In this document: positions 56,468 to 64,000 of the stretch, piece after piece | Layout of the letters: every line of letters begins with the position of its first letter | How positions within the stretch are numbered: the first letter of the stretch is position 1 | Source: Octopus vulgaris | Taxonomy: Eukaryota | NCBI GenBank assembly: GCA_951406725.2 | Contig: OX597827.1 | Coordinates: 2,108,001-2,172,000 of the forward strand | DNA length: 64,000 nucleotides | Direction: 5' to 3' | Made by a program: the position numbers and the translations under genes | Notes under the pieces: generated by a model | The model's database searches: none | What the model saw: only the letters and a program-made list of their open reading frames with translations | What the model was told of the DNA's origin: nothing

Positions 56468-56732
56468 TGCAGCGTGGAAGGTGTTTGTAAACCATTTAAG
56501 AAACACACAAAAGTCGTTCGATTCACTTCAACATTTAAGTTTAATTTGTCAAAATATTTTCGTCGCTTTAAGACCGCGACCTGTTCACTGACAAAAATCC
56601 GATGCAGCACGGATTTTTGTCAGTGAACAGGTCGCATTTAGCGACGAAAATATTAAACTTAAATGTTGAAGTGAATCGAACGGCTTTTGTGTGTTTCTTA
56701 AATGGCTTATAAACACCTTCCACGCTGCAATT
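56465..56732. repeat. ~130-bp-arm fold-back inverted repeat in (TA)n
   Basis: Arms are reverse complements with small indels; loop ATGCAGCA at 56602-56609. Confidence 0.95.
56545..56595 (-). ncRNA. Minimal type I hammerhead ribozyme, G3-C8 core variant
   Basis: UUUGUCA-GUGAACA-G-GUCGC(GGUCUUAAA)GCGAC-GAA-AAUAUU-U-UGACAAA: 7-bp stem I, 5-bp stem II, palindromic stem III, UUU site. Confidence 0.7.
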
Positions 56733-56789
56733 GTTTTCGTTTCAGCACACGATCTCAGATCAAATTACTTGCTATGCGAGTACATCTCC

Positions 56790-56857
<68 letters not shown>

Positions 56858-57465
56858 GTCTGTCTACCTGTCTACTTGTTTGGTTTTCTGTCTATATGTC
56901 CATCTACCTATCTGTCAATCTGTCTGCCTGTCTGTCCGTCTGAATGTATGCATCTATACGTATGGTGATGGATGTAAGTACGTAGCTACAGTAATTAAGA
57001 CAATTTAAGGCGTGTATACCAATGTACAGTGATACCCTTACACACAATAAACCCATTTGTATGTGTGTGTGTTCGTTCGTCCTGGTCATATGTATGCGTG
57101 TTTATGTGTGAGTGTGTCCTTATAGTCCCACACGGTCTCTTAATACCTACTCCTTCCCTCCGCACAGACACACATGCGCACACGCATGCGCACATACACT
57201 AATATTTCTGGAAATGTGAGATAAAAGCTAATAAAACTGAAACAATATTTTTGTCGACATATAAGAAAAAAAAATGCTATGCATAATACTACACCATCTT
57301 TCAACATTACACACACAAGCACACGCACACACACAAACGGGCATGCATACACACATACACACACATGTATATATGTGTATATACGTACGTACGCATGTGT
57401 ATGTATGCATATACACGTATGTGTGTGTGTAGTTATGAATGTGCATACTTGCGTGTGTTTGTGTG

Positions 57466-57501
<36 letters not shown>

Positions 57502-57534
57502 TATATGCACATTCATAAATACACACACACGCAC

Positions 57535-57571
<37 letters not shown>

Positions 57572-57936
57572 CCTATATAAATGTATGTATATATGTATAT
57601 GTATATATATATATGTATATATATATGTTCATATATATATGTATGTGTGTGTGTTTGTGTGGGTGTGTGGGTGGGTGGGTGTGTATATATATACTACACA
57701 CACACACACACACATATCCCTGAACTTACAGACACACGCACACATATATTTAAGATCTACATTGAAATCGGAAAAGCACGCCAAACTAAGACAAAGTAAC
57801 CAAATTCTAAATCTCTTCCCCCGCTACTCACCCGCGAATATGAAACTTTTCTGGGGTTTTTTCCTCTGCCAAGACAAAGGCGCTGGGATTGTCAATGAGG
57901 GAGAATTTCTGAATGGCCAACTCTGTGTGTGTGTAT

Positions 57937-57997
<61 letters not shown>

Positions 57998-58133
57998 TTG
58001 TGTTGTTGTGTAAGGAGGCGGGGTGTTTATGTGTGTTGGAGGGTACGATCATGTTGGTGTTAAAAACCTCTTTGTCTATGCTGGTACCGCTGTCTTCCTC
58101 TACATACATTCATACATACAAACACGCACACAG

Positions 58134-58197
<64 letters not shown>

Positions 58198-58600
58198 GTA
58201 AAATTAATTAATTAATTAATTAATAATTAATAATTTTACCAAGTAGCTCGGTATTTTAAAAGAACCATTATCGGTAAACTTATACAAAAATTCTATAATT
58301 ATGAGTATAATTGTAATTAGGGTTCAGCAAAGTTTGCTTCACCACATACCGAAATTTAGAAATAGCAGTTAAACTACTATTTTACTACCATAATATACAT
58401 ATATATATATATATATATATATGTTTGTATATATATATATATATGTATAATCAGCCGAAATTGCGAAGATGATCTGGTTCTTGACTGATGACTGAGGGCT
58501 TCGAATGTCCCATCCTGTGGTTCTTGTGTCGTCTCCTTGGTGTTTCACGTTGTTGTCCCAGTTTGCATATTTTTTTACTTTTTACATATATGTATATATG

Positions 58601-58642
<42 letters not shown>

Positions 58643-59162
58643 TATACACACATATATACATATATATGTATATATACTCACACACACTTTTATGCATAAA
58701 TAAGTGTTTGTAGCCATATATATATATATGATATAAATAATACATAAATATATGCATATATACATACATATATGTACGTACCTACATCTATATGTATATA
58801 TACATGCATATATGGGTACAGGACATGAGAAAACGTTGAACACAACGAGAAACGAAAACATAAAAGCTAAAACAGGAAAACGAACTTTTTTTAAACAACG
58901 AAAAAAAGAGAGTACAAGACATACAACACAAGGTATATTACTCTTCTTCAGTTTTCCCTGTTTCGTCTACTCCGCGTTACGAAGGTAAGGACAAGACACG
59001 ACTCCATTGAAACAGTCCTTCCCGTAAAGCAAATTAAATAAAATTTGGGATTTTTTTGCGGAGGGGTAAAAATGGTAACAAGAATAGGACAGTAAGAACA
59101 AAAGAAGACAGTGAAAACAATACAAGTAAAAACAGTATAAGACTGGACAAAGAGAATAACAC

Positions 59163-59213
<51 letters not shown>

Positions 59214-59616
59214 GTATGTATGTATATGAGCTTTGCACCTATGTGATTTCGGACTCATTCCTACCGCACATCGTCGCAGACCAGTGCTCCGTAAACTTTT
59301 CCACTTGCGATGATACACTTATATTCTTTTCAAAATTCGGCGGCATACCTGAACTAAAGATATATTCAGGTTACACTGCGGCACATCTAGCATCATCTTG
59401 TGGCACACCTATGTGTCGCGGCATACCTGTTGCGGAGCACATTCTTAGACCAATATCTTCCACTATAAACTCGGGTCGACCAATGCCTTGTGAGTGAATT
59501 TGGTTGACGAAAACTATGTGGAAGCCCGTCTTGTTTGTTTGCTTGTTTGTGTGTATGTGTACGTGCGTGTGTGTGTGTGTGTGTGTGTGTGTCGGCATTC
59601 ATGTTTAGAATATATA

Positions 59617-59780
59617 GGCGCAGGTGTGGCTGTGTGGTAAGAAGTTTGCTTCCCAACCACACGGTTCCGAGGTCAGTCCCACTGCGTAGCACCTAGGATA
59701 GGCGTCTTCTACTATAGCCTCAGGCCGACCAAAGCCTCGTGAGGGGATTTGGTAGCCGGAAACTGAAAGAAGCTCGGTGT

Positions 59781-59854
<74 letters not shown>

Positions 59855-60085
59855 GTATGTGTGTGTGTGTGTCTTTGTGCCTGTATTTGTTCTCCCCCAA
59901 CATCGCTTGACAACCGATGCTGGTGTGTTTATGTTCTCGTAACTTACCGATTCGGCAAAAGTACGAGGTTTGCAAAGAATAAGTCCTTATGTTAATTTCT
60001 TCGATTTAAAAAAAAACAAACTTATAAGGCAGTACTCCAGCTTGGCCGCAGTCAAATGAGTGAAACAAGTAAAAGAATAAAAGAA
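59617..60085 (+). mobile_element. SINE family A, near full length
   Basis: Colinear with 53962-54395, with a different internal microsatellite. Confidence 0.88.
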
Positions 60086-60499
60086 AAGCATATACATGTG
60101 TATGTATGAGTGTATGCATGTGAGCGTGTATGTATGAATGGATATTGCTCTTACAAAGTGTCCTATTCTTCAGAGAAAGAGTATTTAGAGGGTTAGGGGT
60201 GGGTAAGACGGTTAAAAAGTAAATGAGAAAGCATTATGTGTGTCTGTTTTGTTTGCTTCCGTGTGTGTGTGTGTGTGTGTTTTGCGCATGTTTAAATGTT
60301 TGTGCGTGAGTGTGTGTGTGTGTGCGTGTGTATGTGTGTGTGTGTGTCGTATAGATTACTTTATGGAGGCGAAACGCAAGAGATTTTAAAGGGGCGAATT
60401 AGAGACAAAGAACTGTCGAAAATAACGGCAAGAAGATGTCTTGGGCTAAGGAACGCCACGTGTCAGCCAAGTAAAACACACACACATACCCATACGTAC

Positions 60500-60533
<34 letters not shown>

Positions 60534-60886
60534 GCACATACACACAGGCACGGGCATACTATCCATTACCACAAATTCCTCACCCCGCTACCCGTTTACC
60601 TACATCCTTCATTAAATCTTTCCTATTAACCAACCATTTCCCCTTCCGACCCGTCCCCTAACCTCAGCGAGAAAGGAAGAAGCCTCTACCCAGGTGCTCG
60701 ACCAACTAGAAAGAGTAATTGAGTCTCCCTCCAATCATGCCGTTTGTTATTATAAAACTAGATACATTGGATGAAGGATGTGTGTGTGTGTGTGTGTGTG
60801 TCTGTGTGTGTGTGAGAATGTGTGAGTGTATATATATATATGCATATATATATAGATGTGTGTGTATGTGTAAAAATATGCATGTA

Positions 60887-60928
<42 letters not shown>

Positions 60929-61204
60929 ATACATATCTTCATATATATGTGTGTGTGTCTGTCTGCCTGTGTCTGTGCGTTTGTGTATGTATGTGTGAGA
61001 GTGTGTGAGTGTATATATATATATATATATATATACATATAGATGTGTGTGTATGTGTAAAAATATGTATGTATATATATATATATATATGCAAAGGCAT
61101 ATATATACATTATATTATTATATATATCTTCATTCCTAAATATATACACATATATATATGTGTGTGTGTGTGTTCCACATATATATATATATATATATAT
61201 ACAT

Positions 61205-61272
<68 letters not shown>

Positions 61273-61274
<2 letters not shown>

Positions 61275-61436
61275 GACGGGCTTCTTTCAGTTTCCGCCTA
61301 CCAAATCCATTCACAAGGCTTTGGTCGGGCCGAAGGTATAGAAGAAGATACTTGCCCAGGGTGCCACAAAGTGTGACTGAACCTGGAACCATGTGGTTGG
61401 GAAGTAAGCCTTTTCATTAGATAGCCACTCCCGCGC

Positions 61437-61437
<1 letters not shown>
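61273..61437 (-). mobile_element. SINE family A, 5' half
   Basis: Reverse complement of the 53962-54125 head. Confidence 0.85.
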
Positions 61438-61500
<63 letters not shown>

Positions 61501-62892
61501 GTGTGTATGTATCTATGTATATCATGTCAAATTTGTCATGATCTATAAAAGCTTTTGATCATAGTCTCTGCTGGAGCCTGGGGCTAAACACAACAAGAAG
61601 GAAGGAAGGCCTTGCATTTCTACGCCTGCTGTTTCTACCATTTCCCCACCCCCAACACCATCTACCTTTTCACCTACCCATCTTTACCGCCGCCATCACA
61701 CAGTCCCCTTACCCCTGCCATCCGGTTCTATCCAGTCAGTCCTCAATTCTCGTAGGTCGGTACACGACAGAAGCGTGCCTTGCCAGATGTTTAGTAAAAA
61801 ATGTTCGGGTGGATAAGGGGTGGAGGGTTAGGGGTACGGGGAAAAGGATAAGAGTTGGTAAGAAGAGAGGCAGGTTACTGTCTTTTTGTTTGTTGATAAG
61901 GTTTAGGGAGCGTGGGGGGCTTGGGTGGTTATGAAGAGTAGGGGTGGAAGTGGGGACATATTCTTTCTGAAGATATATATCAAGTACGTGTTTCGTTTTG
62001 GCGCCTGTTTGTCCCTGCGACGTGACGAGGGTAGTAGTGAGAGGAGGATGTAATGAGGGAGATACGAGTAAAAGTGAGGCGAGGTGGTCAGGTGAAGTGA
62101 GGGAGGGCTAAGGAGGAGCGATGTGTGATAGTAGCGATGGTAATGCTGACGGTGATGATGGTGATGATGGTGATGATGATGGTGATGATGGTGATGATGA
62201 TGATGATGGTGATGGTGATGAATCTACATGAAGGCGTTGGTCATATTGGTGTTGGCGCAGTTGATGGTAATACTGTTGTTGTTGTCGTTATTATTGTTTA
62301 ATCACAAGTTGACCCTAAAACGCGCAACTTATGATCAAAGTCTCTCTAAGTGTGACCATCCACACTTTTACTGGTTTACGTTTTCTGAAGTGGACTTGCT
62401 TCCGAGACAGTAGAGCCTGATAAGAAGCAGATTTGGGTAACATCAACCAATGCAGCCAAAAACTAGTTGACAAAATAACCCAAAACGCTCCTCCCGTGAT
62501 CATCCCTCCTTTATGTACGTTCGTAAAAGATTGACAAAGCGATTCTTCTTCTAAGATATTAAAACTGATGTGATTCTAGGAGACTCGACCCTTATTTCTA
62601 GCAAAACTAACAACCATGTAGAAGCACCTTTCTATTATCATTTATCTTTTACTCGTTTCTCGTCTCAGTCATTAGACTGCGGCCATGCTGGGGCACCAGC
62701 TTGAAGAGTTTAGTCAAACAAATCAACTCCAGATGTTTTCTTTTTTGTTGTTTCAAGTCTGGAATTTGTTCCAGCAATCACTAAATTACGATGCCGTAAA
62801 CAAACCAATTCCAACTCTCGAGGGACGTGGGGTATATACACAAACACATAAACACATATTTATACCATACATACATATATACATACATACAA

Positions 62893-63120
62893 GAATACCC
62901 TGTTGTTAAATGAAGGAGCCTTGGATCTAGGTTAGAAACCGGTCCCTTTTCTATTGGCAAGAAATCTTGAAATAAAACTGAATAATGACATCCATGCCTA
63001 CATAAAAAAAAAAACCGTGGATGTTGAAATTCCAATGAAGCAGCCTTGAATCTAGGTTAGAAATCGTTTTTTTTTTCTCTATTGGCAAGAAATCCTGAAA
63101 TAAAACTAAACAATGCCATA
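62893..63120 (+). mobile_element. Two tandem 3'-terminal fragments of the Dong-like element
   Basis: GCCTTG(G/A)ATCTAGGTTAGAAA..CTATTGGCAAGAAATC.TGAAATAAAACT occurs twice and matches 2075-2180. Confidence 0.85.
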
Positions 63121-63339
63121 CATACGATGGGTTTTCGCACAAATTCCGTCTATCTAGGGCTATTGTAAAAGATATTTGCCCGTAACACAATGGGGCCGAG
63201 CCTAAATTCACGTAGTTGCAAAGCGAAACTTTTAACCACACAACAATGGACTTGTTACTTTGATTCTAATTACTGGTACGGCTACTGCTGCTGTTTTGCC
63301 TAGGTCTTCCTTGAATAAAGGTATTACTTCTATCATGAC

Positions 63340-63602
63340 CTCGTTAGCACACCGAGGAAAATGCTTAGCGGCATTCCGTCTGTCTTCGTGTTTTGAGTTC
63401 GAGTTTTGTAGAAGTCCACTTTGCTTTCATCTTTTGGGATCCGATAGAAAAAGTTGGGGTCAATGTAATTAACTTATTCCTTCCCTGAAATTACTGGCCT
63501 TGGACCAAAATTTGAAATTATTAATATTCTTAGGCAGCGAGAATCGTTAGCACGTTTGTCTTTACGTTCTGAGTTCAAATTCCGTAGAGGTCCGCTTTGC
63601 CT
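63340..63602 (+). mobile_element. SINE family B fragments, two tandem
   Basis: CGTTAGCAC..AAATGCTTAGCGGCATT.. and GAATCGTTAGCACG..TTACGTTCTGAGTTCAAATTCCG. Confidence 0.75.
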
Positions 63603-63605
63603 CAA

Positions 63606-63649
<44 letters not shown>

Positions 63650-64000
63650 CTATGGCATGCATCCCTCACTTACTATCTACAAAATTTGCTCACAAGTTAT
63701 TGGTTGGCTTGAAATTATGGAAAAAGACACGTGCCCAAGGTCGCGTAACGCAGTTCTAGGCAACTTGTAGGCCGTGGGGCTTTCTCAGTGACATTCAAAA
63801 ATTGCCTGAAATTGCGATTATTTCTTTTTCCTTCTTTTTAAAACTTTTGTAGAAAAGAGCCATGCATCATGTGACCCACAGCTCAAAATAGTTAGCCCTA
63901 CACAGTAGCGTCTCTACAGATGTTGCTTAGCGACAGACGAGCCATAGTGGTGATGGTGATTGTGGTGGCGGTGGTGTGAATGGGTGGGTGGGGTTGTGTT

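Noticed and set aside
58450-58580. CUGAUGA/CUGAAGA followed by GAAU in the repeat shared with 52651
   Set aside because: The repeat is real, but no stem II or GAAA/NUH could be assembled

Overview
Repeat-saturated, AT-rich eukaryotic intergenic or intronic DNA. The SINE families, microsatellite load and TE mix suggest a coleoid cephalopod such as Octopus (inference). No intact host protein-coding gene is supported, and nearly all listed ORFs are translations of (TA)n, (CA)n, (TACA)n, (TAA)n, (GAA)n or (GGT)n tracts. Recognisable content: two decayed R4/Dong-type RLE non-LTR retrotransposon 3' fragments plus two solo 3' ends, two decayed maT/DD37D-like Tc1/mariner copies, an internally deleted mariner nested in a SINE, non-autonomous Helitrons, a decayed CR1-group LINE RT fragment, three tRNA-like SINE families, a ~0.55-kb element sitting in (TAA)n, and several minisatellites. 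The most notable signal is a set of short elements, mostly in (TA)n and often arranged as long fold-back palindromes, that carry type I hammerhead ribozyme folds of the Penelope-like/retrozyme kind. Across unrelated families the core 3-8 base pair covaries (C3-G8, U3-A8, G3-C8) while stems I-III and the NUH site are kept. All folds were read by eye and none was computed.
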